Positions 46,394 through 53,824 of a stretch of 64,000 bases of DNA are shown in pieces. The notes below the pieces were generated by a model. The model was not told the DNA's origin. It was given only the letters and a program-made list of their open reading frames with translations, and did no database searches. The translations under genes were made by a program, and so were the position numbers. The first letter of the stretch is position 1. Each line of letters starts with the position of its first letter. Origin of the DNA: a virus; IMG/VR virus record IMGVR_UViG_3300034071_001657. The stretch is one strand, 5' to 3'.

Positions 46394-46870
46394 TTATGCT
46401 GCTTTTGTGTGACATAAAATATGCTTGAACCTATCTGCTGCACCTGACGCCGCGAAAGCATTAGGCTTAACCATCGGAATAACATTACACATACCTTTGA
46501 TGTATCCAACTGCTTCATTTATAACACATGAACTTCCATGATCTTCATTTGGATTGATGTCTAGATGAACTTCAACTTCTCGATCATCTAGAACCTCAGC
46601 CAACTTAAGATATAATTCGGCAATCTTATAAACTTCATTCATTAGTCGCATTCTAGGTTTGTCTTTGCGTTGATCATAGTCCTTCTCACGAATGGTTTCT
46701 CCAAAGATTTTACATCCGTGCTTTCCTTCGATATGAATCACGACCACTAAAGTATAGTCGGCATACCAAACGCCTTTGATTTTAAATCTTTCTGAATCGC
46801 CACCGATATAGATTTTACTTGTGATCGGCTGTCCCTCGATGAAAGTTTTTACTTGATCAATGTTCATCAT
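46394..46870 (-). CDS. RNase H-fold protein, YkuK/DUF458-like
   Basis: KIYIGGDS, RMRLMNEV, EVHLDIN and KPNAFAASGAAD motifs; start taken at 46870. Confidence 0.85.
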   Translation of the reverse strand: MMNIDQVKTFIEGQPITSKIYIGGDSERFKIKGVWYADYTLVVVIHIEGKHGCKIFGETIREKDYDQRKDKPRMRLMNEVYKIAELYLKLAEVLDDREVEVHLDINPNEDHGSSCVINEAVGYIKGMCNVIPMVKPNAFAASGAADRFKHILCHTKAA

Positions 46871-46886
46871 CTCACCTATGTTAAAC

Positions 46887-46962
46887 TGGTCTCGGACACA
46901 GGACTCGAACCTGCACCTTCTACGTCCCAAACGTAGTGGACTACCTATTATCCCAATCCGAG
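46887..46962 (-). tRNA. tRNA-Pro(TGG)
   Basis: Loop TTTGGGA; ACCA end. Confidence 0.88.
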
Positions 46963-46966
46963 AAAT

Positions 46967-47041
46967 TGGTGCTGGATGAAGGATTCGAACCATCGACCTA
47001 TCGCTTACAAGGCGATTGCACTACCACTGTGCTAATCCAGC
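46967..47041 (-). tRNA. tRNA-Thr(TGT)
   Basis: Loop CTTGTAA; ACCA end. Confidence 0.92.
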
Positions 47042-47049
47042 ATTTAAAA

Positions 47050-47078
47050 ATTATACTAAATTTTATTTAGTCTGTCAA
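47050..47078 (-). promoter_or_regulatory. Internal sigma70 promoter in the tRNA array
   Basis: TTGACA-17-TATAAT just upstream of tRNA-Thr. Confidence 0.8.
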
Positions 47079-47082
47079 CTGA

Positions 47083-47157
47083 TGGCCTCGGTGTACGGAC
47101 TCGAACCGCAACTTTAGATTTTGGAGATCCACGTGCTGCCATTAACACTACACCGAG
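47083..47157 (-). tRNA. tRNA-Trp(CCA)
   Basis: Loop CTCCAAA; GCCA end. Confidence 0.9.
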
Positions 47158-47161
47158 ATTT

Positions 47162-47255
47162 TGGTGGTGAGAGTGGGATTCGAACCCACGGACCGCAAGT
47201 TAACACGATCTACGGTTTAGCAAACCGTTGATTTAAGCCTCTCATCCATCTCACC
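47162..47255 (-). tRNA. tRNA-Ser(GCT)
   Basis: Loop TTGCTAA; long V-arm. Confidence 0.9.
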
Positions 47256-47258
47256 AAT

Positions 47259-47333
47259 TGGTGGACCGCTGGAGGATCGAACTCCAACCTCCGCCGTGCA
47301 AAGGCGGCGTGCTCCCATTATCACTAGCAGCCC
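47259..47333 (-). tRNA. tRNA-Ala(TGC)
   Basis: Loop TTTGCAC; G3-U70 pair. Confidence 0.92.
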
Positions 47334-47343
47334 AAATTCATTT

Positions 47344-47417
47344 TGGAGCAGGATATCGGAATCGAACCGATAACATCAGCTTGGAAGGCTGTAGTTTTAC
47401 CATTAAACTAATCCTGC
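47344..47417 (-). tRNA. tRNA-Gly(TCC)
   Basis: Loop CTTCCAA; TCCA end. Confidence 0.92.
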
Positions 47418-47527
47418 AAATCTTTCATAAGGGGCACAATAGGACTGTCATCTCGACGTTCATTGCTGTCATTTAAAAATAGGCGTGTTGTCTATATAAT
47501 GCGCCACTTCCCCACTAACTATATATT

Positions 47528-47602
47528 TGGCTCCAGTGGCTGGGATCGAACCAACGACCAATTGATTAACAGTCAACTGCTCTACCTCTGAGCTACACTG
47601 GA
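47528..47602 (-). tRNA. tRNA-Asn(GTT)
   Basis: Loop CTGTTAA; GCCA end. Confidence 0.92.
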
Positions 47603-47609
47603 ATAAAAC

Positions 47610-47684
47610 TGGTACCGGATACTGGGATTGAACCAGTGACCAATGCGTTATCAACACACTGCTCTACCACTGAGCTAATCCGGT
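47610..47684 (-). tRNA. tRNA-Ile(GAT)
   Basis: Loop TTGATAA; ACCA end. Confidence 0.9.
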
Positions 47685-47685
47685 A

Positions 47686-47761
47686 TGGTACCGCCTCTTG
47701 GAATCGAACCAAGTTCCACGGCTCTTCAGACCGTTGCTATGACCACATCAGCTAAAGCGGC
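47686..47761 (-). tRNA. tRNA-Phe(GAA)
   Basis: Loop CTGAAGA; ACCA end. Confidence 0.88.
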
Positions 47762-47765
47762 AAAC

Positions 47766-47839
47766 TGGTGCTTCGTGACAGAATCGAACTGCCGTGACCG
47801 TCTTGTAAGGGCGGTGTTCTACCATTAAACTAACGAAGC
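47766..47839 (-). tRNA. tRNA-Val(TAC)
   Basis: Loop CTTACAA; ACCA end. Confidence 0.9.
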
Positions 47840-47840
47840 C

Positions 47841-47915
47841 TGGGGTGTCTAATGAGTTTCGATCTCATCCTCACTCTTTCACAGAGAGTGGTGCTCCCAT
47901 TACACTATAGACACC
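47841..47915 (-). tRNA. tRNA-His(GTG)
   Basis: Loop CTGTGAA; G-1/C73; atypical T-loop ATCGAAA. Confidence 0.88.
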
Positions 47916-47920
47916 GTTGT

Positions 47921-47996
47921 TGGTACACCGTAGGGGAATCGAACCCCTCTTCCTACCGTGAAAGGGTAGTGTCCTAAACCGATAGACGAACGGTGC
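47921..47996 (-). tRNA. tRNA-Glu(TTC)
   Basis: Loop CTTTCAC. Confidence 0.92.
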
Positions 47997-48001
47997 GTAT
48001 T

Positions 48002-48075
48002 TGGCAGGCCTACTAGGATTCGAACCTAGAATGACGGAATCAAAATCCGTAGTGTTACCATTACACCATAGACCA
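48002..48075 (-). tRNA. tRNA-Gln(TTG)
   Basis: Loop TTTTGAT; U1-A72; GCCA end. Confidence 0.92.
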
Positions 48076-48082
48076 ACAAATT

Positions 48083-48158
48083 TGGTAGGGGCAGGGGGAC
48101 TTGAACCCTCCAACCTCGACGTTAAAAGCATCTTGCTCTACCATTGAGCTATACCCCC
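48083..48158 (-). tRNA. tRNA-Lys(TTT)
   Basis: Loop CTTTTAA. Confidence 0.88.
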
Positions 48159-48162
48159 AAAC

Positions 48163-48237
48163 TGGCGGTCCCATCGGGATTCGAACCCGATCCTGCGCCG
48201 TGACAGGGCGCTATACTCGCCGATATACTATGGAACC
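48163..48237 (-). tRNA. tRNA-Asp(GTC)
   Basis: Loop CTGTCAC; GCCA end. Confidence 0.92.
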
Positions 48238-48243
48238 ATTTAT

Positions 48244-48317
48244 TGGTTGCGGATGATGGAATCGAACCATCAACTTCAGCTTATGAGACTGATGAGATAC
48301 CTTTTCTCTAATCCGCA
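48244..48317 (-). tRNA. tRNA-Met(CAT), initiator-like acceptor stem
   Basis: TGCGGAT...ATCCGCAACCA; loop CTCATAA. Confidence 0.85.
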
Positions 48318-48323
48318 GAATCT

Positions 48324-48413
48324 TGGTGAGTAGAGAGGGATTCGAACCCCCAACGGTTCCTAAGTAACGGATTTACAGTCCGCCGCGACACTCGCCATCT
48401 TCGCCGTCTACTC
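48324..48413 (-). tRNA. tRNA-Tyr(GTA)
   Basis: Loop CTGTAAA; long V-arm. Confidence 0.9.
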
Positions 48414-48417
48414 ATTT

Positions 48418-48742
48418 CCATATTGAAACACACTCAACATTACACCCTTGATTCGCTGCTGCTACTAGGGGCGGGTTCTAATGTGTTTCAATATGGTCCG
48501 AGACTCGAACTCGGCATGTAAGCGGCTTCGCAATCGGGTAGCGCAATTTCCCTAGCACTGACTAACACAGGTTAATTAAGCCCGCTCTCATCAGTGAAGC
48601 CTACACAGCTTCCTGCACCATATTGAAACACACTTGAGGTAACCGTGACAAGCGGGGGCTTTTTACACCTCTCTACCTGCGTGCTCACCAGACAGTCACT
48701 TCTGTTCTAAGGACGCTTTCGATTTAGTGTGCTTCAGTATGG
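48418..48742 (-). ncRNA. Unclassified structured RNA block with four copies of a 15-16 nt stem and an orphan T-arm-ACCA
   Basis: CCATATTGAAACACA or its complement at 48418, 48482, 48618 and 48727; CCGAG-TTCGAGT-CTCGG-ACCA at 48514-48494. Confidence 0.7.
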
Positions 48743-48816
48743 TGCCTCAGGTGGGACTCGAACCCACAAAATTTGGCTTCTAAGACCAACACGTATACCA
48801 ATTCCGTCACCGAGGC
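48740..48816 (-). tRNA. tRNA-Leu(TAG) lacking the long variable arm
   Basis: Loop CTTAGAA; 77 nt; variable region only ATTTT. Confidence 0.88.
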
Positions 48817-48817
48817 A

Positions 48818-48910
48818 TGGTGCCCGAGGCCGGACTCGAACCGGCACGCTCTCTTTCGAGGTGGCGGCGGATTTTAAGTCCGCTGTGTCTACCGATTTCA
48901 CCACTCGGGC
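48818..48910 (-). tRNA. tRNA-Leu(TAA)
   Basis: Loop CTTAAAA; long V-arm. Confidence 0.92.
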
Positions 48911-48911
48911 T

Positions 48912-48988
48912 TGGCCTGACCGGAGGGATTCGAACCCCCGACCAACGGATTAGAAATCCGTTGCTCTATCCTACTGAGCTACGGTCAG
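48912..48988 (-). tRNA. tRNA-Arg(TCT)
   Basis: Loop TTTCTAA; GCCA end. Confidence 0.92.
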
Positions 48989-49003
48989 ATATAAGATTAC
49001 CGA

Positions 49004-49017
49004 ATTTTTAAAGAACA
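49004..49017 (-). promoter_or_regulatory. rrn-type boxA antitermination element
   Basis: TGTTCTTTAAAAAT between the promoter and the first tRNA. Confidence 0.65.
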
Positions 49018-49038
49018 ATCAATCACTCAACAGAATAC

Positions 49039-49098
49039 ATTCTACAGACTTTTCTATGGAATGTCAAGAACAAATTCTACTGTTGTTTTTTTACAACT
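49039..49098 (-). promoter_or_regulatory. Main tRNA-array promoter with GTTG-N8-CAACA box
   Basis: TTGACA-17-TAGAAT; box at 49081-49098. Confidence 0.8.
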
Positions 49099-49175
49099 GG
49101 AGCACAGGGTCGGATTTGAACCGACGGCTTTAGAGTTTTGCAGACTCTTGCATTGGGCCGCTCTGCCACCTGTGC
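49098..49175 (-). tRNA. tRNA-Cys(GCA)
   Basis: Loop CTGCAAA; TCCA end. Confidence 0.9.
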
Positions 49176-49925
49176 TTAGATACTATTCAACAAAAACTTA
49201 ATTTCTGCTAGGTTCTTATATATAAGGACTTTATCGGACATTGAATTAATGCTATCTAAAATTAAGGATTTATTTTCATCCCAGACATCTCTTAGAGGTG
49301 TCACCTCAACATTTACGAAGAAAAGACTTGTTTGTCCACCACTTAATGGTAATGTGGTTTGCCGCTCCACTCTAAAAAATAAATTTTCAAAGATCAAAGG
49401 TGTGTCATCATACATTTTCTTTACATCAGGATGATTGCTCAATTCTGGAACTCGATTGATGGTCCACACAAATCGTTCAAAACTTCCCATTGTTGGATCA
49501 GACATCACTGATGCAAGCTTACCACTCACTTTTCGCAACTGTTCTCCATCAGCAACAGGTTCATGAATTTCATACAATGATTTGCCAAGTGCTGAGTTCG
49601 GCACCCATGAACTAGGAAAACAAAAGCAAATCGCAGCCAAACAACCACGATGCATTATAGCAACATCTTCTTCAAATGACAATGCAAACTCGACAATATC
49701 TCCAGTCACTGCTTTGCCAGTAAATGATTCGACTCTTCGAATTAGTTGGTTTGTTACGCAATCGATTGTGAATCCATAAAGATCACTGCCAAACGACTCA
49801 AGCTGTTTTACTTTTTCGTTTAGATATTTCACTCTTGGATTTGAATTGAATACTGGGCCTGTGTTTCTACTCATTCGAGGTTGAGTATTGTAAGGCGCTC
49901 TAACGATGTGTTCTAAATTATTCAT
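49176..49925 (-). CDS. DUF3445 / heme-dependent oxidative N-demethylase alpha-subunit-like protein
   Basis: EEDVAIM...LAAICFCFPSSW.P..ALGKSL.EIHEPV, RFVWTI and FRVERQT motifs. Confidence 0.8.
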   Translation of the reverse strand: MNNLEHIVRAPYNTQPRMSRNTGPVFNSNPRVKYLNEKVKQLESFGSDLYGFTIDCVTNQLIRRVESFTGKAVTGDIVEFALSFEEDVAIMHRGCLAAICFCFPSSWVPNSALGKSLYEIHEPVADGEQLRKVSGKLASVMSDPTMGSFERFVWTINRVPELSNHPDVKKMYDDTPLIFENLFFRVERQTTLPLSGGQTSLFFVNVEVTPLRDVWDENKSLILDSINSMSDKVLIYKNLAEIKFLLNSI

Positions 49926-49931
49926 AATGTA

Positions 49932-50026
49932 TGGTAGTAGGTAAGGGTTACGATCCCTTCCGTTTCAGCCCATCTGACCGATCTCCAGGGTTTATAAGAC
50001 CCCGCCGCACACCAGTGCTACCTACC
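49932..50026 (-). tRNA. Atypical tRNA with TAT (Ile) anticodon, long V-arm and mini D-arm
   Basis: Acceptor GGTAGGT/ACCTACT-ACCA; loop CTTATAA; T-arm AAGGG-ATCGTAA-CCCTT. Confidence 0.8.
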
Positions 50027-50031
50027 AAATT

Positions 50032-50208
50032 TTATCGATTCGTTGTGTTTCTCTGTTGAAGCATACCACCAAGAACTAGTGCGGCCAACCATTCTGCTAC
50101 ACCGTAGTTGATACCTAGTGAGAAAAGCGTGTTCAATGACCAGATAATAATCAACGGCCCCAGAATAATCAGGGTAATGATGACTGCTATTAGCAAAATT
50201 TTATTCAT
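50032..50208 (-). CDS. Small two-TM membrane protein
   Basis: MNKILLIAVII...IWSLNTLF...WLAALVLG. Confidence 0.7.
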   Translation of the reverse strand: MNKILLIAVIITLIILGPLIIIWSLNTLFSLGINYGVAEWLAALVLGGMLQQRNTTNR

Positions 50209-50383
50209 ATAAATCGTCCAAATCGTCTTCAGCAAAGTTATTAGGGTCAAAATTTTTAAGTCTCTGTTTTACTTTAAGTCTATCTTTCTTGTACTCTTTA
50301 ATCTGCTTCTTTCGATTCGGGCGTTCATCTTCATCATCATAGAATTCCCGAAAGTTTTTAATTTTCTTATCTTGATTTGACAT
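50201..50383 (-). CDS. Small charged hypothetical protein
   Basis: Start taken at MSNQDKK. Confidence 0.6.
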   Translation of the reverse strand: MSNQDKKIKNFREFYDDEDERPNRKKQIKEYKKDRLKVKQRLKNFDPNNFAEDDLDDLYE

Positions 50384-50837
50384 TTGAATTTTCTTTTTCC
50401 CCAACTAGAAGTTCAGGCATCGACTCTTCAATAAGTTTCCTAGTAATGCCTTTGTAAGTAATTTTTTTGTTTTTGATCATTAGAAATAACTGTGCCTCTT
50501 CTGGAGACACACTCTCTAACATATCAATAAACATTTTCTCTTTTTGATACTTAGTCAAATTGTTTTGTGTGCCTCGAAGAAAATATCCAACCTTTCTCAA
50601 CTCCTTAGGCATCCTATTATACCCCCAATTGTCTGGAACGTCAAGAGGTTTGTATGGAGGATCACCTTCTGGCAAATCAAACACCAAATCTTTATGATAG
50701 GTTAATTGCAAAACTTTTTTCAAATCAGGCTTTAGATTCGAGATAGCCTTTATCGCACTGCCTCTATCCTTCGCAGGAAGATCAGCGACATGCTTCAGCA
50801 TCTCTGGCAATGTCATTCTAGAAATATCAATTGGCAC
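50367..50837 (-). CDS. Conserved T4-like phage protein downstream of rnh
   Basis: FDLPEGDPPYKP...EKMFIDMLESVSPEEA..L...K..ITYKGIT motif. Confidence 0.8.
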   Translation of the reverse strand: MPIDISRMTLPEMLKHVADLPAKDRGSAIKAISNLKPDLKKVLQLTYHKDLVFDLPEGDPPYKPLDVPDNWGYNRMPKELRKVGYFLRGTQNNLTKYQKEKMFIDMLESVSPEEAQLFLMIKNKKITYKGITRKLIEESMPELLVGEKENSNVKSR

Positions 50838-50838
50838 T

Positions 50839-51699
50839 TTAAAACTCCTGTATGTGTTCCATTAAATTACGCATTCTGTTCTTAATGAAAAAGTTAAAAA
50901 TCTTATCCTTACCGTTTTCTTTAACATTCTCAAACGCATCAAGAATTTTATCCTGATACTCTTGAGGAATCTTTGATAGATCAATCAGACTTTCATTTCT
51001 TTTGTAATTCCTCAACATCATAGAATCACAAAAGTCTTCTGGTTCTTGATTGATCCAAATATTTAGTTTTTTCTCTTGAACTGGACGCTGGCGTTCTTCA
51101 TTTACAAATGTAGAATCCGCAGACAGGATGTTTGGAATGCCGTCACCACGATCACCTCGAATGATATGCTCTTTCAGCATGGCGTTGGCATTTGATGTTC
51201 GCAAAAATTTCTTTGCCATTGGACTGTATTGATCAACGTTTGAGAACTTTTGCAATTGCATGAAATCTTTATCACTTGACAGGATCAAAATTCTTTCAGT
51301 TGATTCATTGTTCAGATACTTACCATAAGCGTGGCAAATAGTTCCGATGACATCATCAGCCTCGGTTTTGTCTACTTGAATCACTTTATAGGGAAAGTTT
51401 TCTTTGATTTCTTCTCGAATTTTGTTTAGAGTTTCGAAGATCAAATTCCAATCGTATGGTGATGCCGCGCGATCTTTCTTTCGGCTTGCCTTGTAGTATG
51501 GAAAAATATCTCTGCGCCAATACCCCTTGTCATCAGCGCATATGATAATCTTACCATATGTTTCATGAAACTTGACATTGTACATTCGAATACTATTCAA
51601 GACCATGTGACGAATTAGATTTTCGTCAATCTTTTTCACCAGATCAGGCTGCATCATCAAATTAGAAATCATCACCTGATTCAAGTCAATTAAAATCAT
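50839..51699 (-). CDS. rnh: T4-type RNase H (5'-3' exonuclease, FEN family)
   Basis: MILIDLNQ, YWRRDIFPYYKASR, EADDVI, SSDKDFMQL and GDRGDGIPN motifs. Confidence 0.96.
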   Translation of the reverse strand: MILIDLNQVMISNLMMQPDLVKKIDENLIRHMVLNSIRMYNVKFHETYGKIIICADDKGYWRRDIFPYYKASRKKDRAASPYDWNLIFETLNKIREEIKENFPYKVIQVDKTEADDVIGTICHAYGKYLNNESTERILILSSDKDFMQLQKFSNVDQYSPMAKKFLRTSNANAMLKEHIIRGDRGDGIPNILSADSTFVNEERQRPVQEKKLNIWINQEPEDFCDSMMLRNYKRNESLIDLSKIPQEYQDKILDAFENVKENGKDKIFNFFIKNRMRNLMEHIQEF

Positions 51700-51711
51700 T
51701 TTAAATCCATG

Positions 51712-52809
51712 TTAAGCAATACGAACAATAATTGTATCAGAATTAATTCTGCCTGTCAATGCAGATTCTTTTGTTGATAGATTTGACAGAAGTTGGCGAA
51801 GCTTAACTTTGCCAGCAGCCAAAAGATCGTCTAACGTTTCTTTTGGTTTACGTAAACGTTTGCCGATAGAAATGTCTTCTTTGAAGTTTTGTATTGTGCT
51901 GCCTTTCACTGTGAGTCCTCGGGCATCTTCAGCATGATAGACACCAAGAACTTTTGTCTTTACGTTATATACCCAAATCTGATTTGCGCCGATGATTTTA
52001 TCAACTGGCACACCTTTCAGGCCAAGGGATTTTTCTTCTGAAAGAAACTTCATCTTCGAAACAAGCTGTGATGCAGGCTTCTCTTTCTTCTTCCTAATCT
52101 TACGAATAGGCTTGTTGTCAATCGAAGTTTTATTTGTGATAGAAACAATTGTGTTTAAAAATTCTTTAAGCTTTTTCAAATCAGCCTTACTGAAATTTGA
52201 ATAGCCCTCTTTAATCTGCGGATCCTTTGACTCAATCACAGAATCAATCTCGGCAGACTTTTGAATGTACCAATCACAAATTTTGTTTAGAACAACCGAA
52301 CTGAGATTTTTAGACTTAAGGTAGACCTGCATATCAGGAGTATTCTTGAATCGATTGGCAATGCAATCATCAATCACTCCTTCAATGTCACCGATTTCAT
52401 CTCGGGCCTTGTCACGAATTCGTTCTTGAATGTTTACGGGCTGAACAGTAACTGTCTGAACGACAGGTTTTTGTTTAACCTGAACGGTTTGAATTGTTTT
52501 GTATCGTTTGATGAAATAGTCTTTAGTCTTTGCTGATGGTACAAATCCTGCGGTCATCATCCTAGCAATCCAACCAAACTGAACTTCAAAGTTTGATTCG
52601 GACACTCCTCGAACAGTCGCAATTTCATCTTTGTCTCGCCCTACATTTTTCATGTAGTCGAGAACAAATTCTTTAGCGTCCTTTTTATCGCAACAATGAT
52701 TGTACCAATTGAATGCTTTGATGAGAAATTCTTTCTCGCCATTCTTCTCATGATCTTTCCATAATGGTTCAGGTCCGAGCATGGGGTCAGCACCAGTAAT
52801 TTTTTTCAT
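51712..52809 (-). CDS. Conserved hypothetical T4-like phage protein
   Basis: AFNWYN, IQERIR, KEGYS, LTVKGSTI, LRKPKE and GRINSDTII motifs. Confidence 0.8.
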   Translation of the reverse strand: MKKITGADPMLGPEPLWKDHEKNGEKEFLIKAFNWYNHCCDKKDAKEFVLDYMKNVGRDKDEIATVRGVSESNFEVQFGWIARMMTAGFVPSAKTKDYFIKRYKTIQTVQVKQKPVVQTVTVQPVNIQERIRDKARDEIGDIEGVIDDCIANRFKNTPDMQVYLKSKNLSSVVLNKICDWYIQKSAEIDSVIESKDPQIKEGYSNFSKADLKKLKEFLNTIVSITNKTSIDNKPIRKIRKKKEKPASQLVSKMKFLSEEKSLGLKGVPVDKIIGANQIWVYNVKTKVLGVYHAEDARGLTVKGSTIQNFKEDISIGKRLRKPKETLDDLLAAGKVKLRQLLSNLSTKESALTGRINSDTIIVRIA

Positions 52810-52893
52810 GCTAAACAACTTCTCCAAGAATTCTTTTCAATATTCCAAATCAAAACACTTGATCCGCCAGGGCTTCTTAGTGTGACTTCAATC

Positions 52894-53193
52894 CTATTTG
52901 TCTTCCACATCGATATCAAAAAATCTTTCAGCCATTGAAAGTCTGTAAGGGTCCCCGTCAATGAGACTTTTATTTGTATATAGGTATTCATATAAATCTC
53001 TAATACCTCCAATGTGTTTCGTGTTGTAAAATACTTGAGGTACCGTATCCTCACCAGGAAGTAATCTGTTGAATTGCTTCAGTGTAAAGTCTCGGCCCAA
53101 AACATAAAAACGATATTCATACCCTAGAGTATACAATAAAAATTCTGCTTTGTCACATGCTTTACTGTCAAGTCTTCCGTAGATGAAAAACAT
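52894..53193 (-). CDS. Glutaredoxin-like protein (SxxC variant)
   Basis: IYG...SKACDKA, TVPQVF and HIGG motifs. Confidence 0.8.
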   Translation of the reverse strand: MFFIYGRLDSKACDKAEFLLYTLGYEYRFYVLGRDFTLKQFNRLLPGEDTVPQVFYNTKHIGGIRDLYEYLYTNKSLIDGDPYRLSMAERFFDIDVEDK

Positions 53194-53194
53194 G

Positions 53195-53743
53195 TTATCG
53201 AAACTGCGGAACAACTGGAACAGCGAGAGTGTTTCCAGGGTGATATGGTAAGATTACGGTGTTCCTGTGGCCATTAATTTCATAATGAACAATAAATCGG
53301 CGTTCGACAGATTGCACCGGAACTTGAACGTTTTCGCATACAGGATAGTTTTGATATCCGACTATTTGCGGAGCATAGCCTACCACGTGAGGCTGATGAT
53401 ATCCGTAAGGCATCGAAGTTCCATGAGCAACTGCACCACCAATCAACGCGCCGGCGACTCGGGCATCACCAGAGCCACCGATATGCGCGCCGATAAGAAC
53501 ACCAGCAAGGGTTCGAAGCCACGGTTGTTCCCTTACATGATGAGGATGATACCCATGACCATACACAGGAACATTCGAGTAAATCGGTTGACTCTGATTT
53601 CTGCAAACCGTCTGAATGTTGTGTCCAACAGTCTGAACGTGTTGAGTTTCACTTACGTGAATAACGTTCGCGTAAGTTACGTGTTGCGCAGCAGCAGAGC
53701 CAGAAGCAAGAAGTAGTGCCAAAGCTAAAGTTTTGAGTCGCAT
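53195..53743 (-). CDS. Secreted glycine-zipper protein, YcfJ-like
   Basis: Signal peptide; AGVLIGAHIGGSGDARVAGALIGGAV; two Cys; PYHPG tail. Confidence 0.75.
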   Translation of the reverse strand: MRLKTLALALLLASGSAAAQHVTYANVIHVSETQHVQTVGHNIQTVCRNQSQPIYSNVPVYGHGYHPHHVREQPWLRTLAGVLIGAHIGGSGDARVAGALIGGAVAHGTSMPYGYHQPHVVGYAPQIVGYQNYPVCENVQVPVQSVERRFIVHYEINGHRNTVILPYHPGNTLAVPVVPQFR

Positions 53744-53763
53744 TTTTATCTCCAACACCCCCT

Positions 53764-53824
53764 ATTTTACTCCTAAATTGCTACCGTGTCAAGCACCTTT
53801 TTTAACTGTTGTTTTTTTGACACT
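53764..53824 (-). promoter_or_regulatory. Sigma70 promoter with half-degenerate box
   Basis: TTGACA-17-TAAAAT; A7-CAACA half site at 53807. Confidence 0.6.

Noticed and set aside
48587-48594. CTGATGAG (hammerhead ribozyme core) on the - strand
   Set aside because: No stem II closed before a GAAA and no stem III/NUH arrangement could be built
48418-48742. Repeats as a mini CRISPR array
   Set aside because: Copies alternate in orientation, are 15-16 nt long and have 50-120 nt gaps; no cas genes
46871-49011. ORF-track ORFs across the tRNA array (e.g. 47469-47657, 47871-48131, 48729-48953) and the N-terminal extension of 46394-46993
   Set aside because: They are translations of tRNA genes
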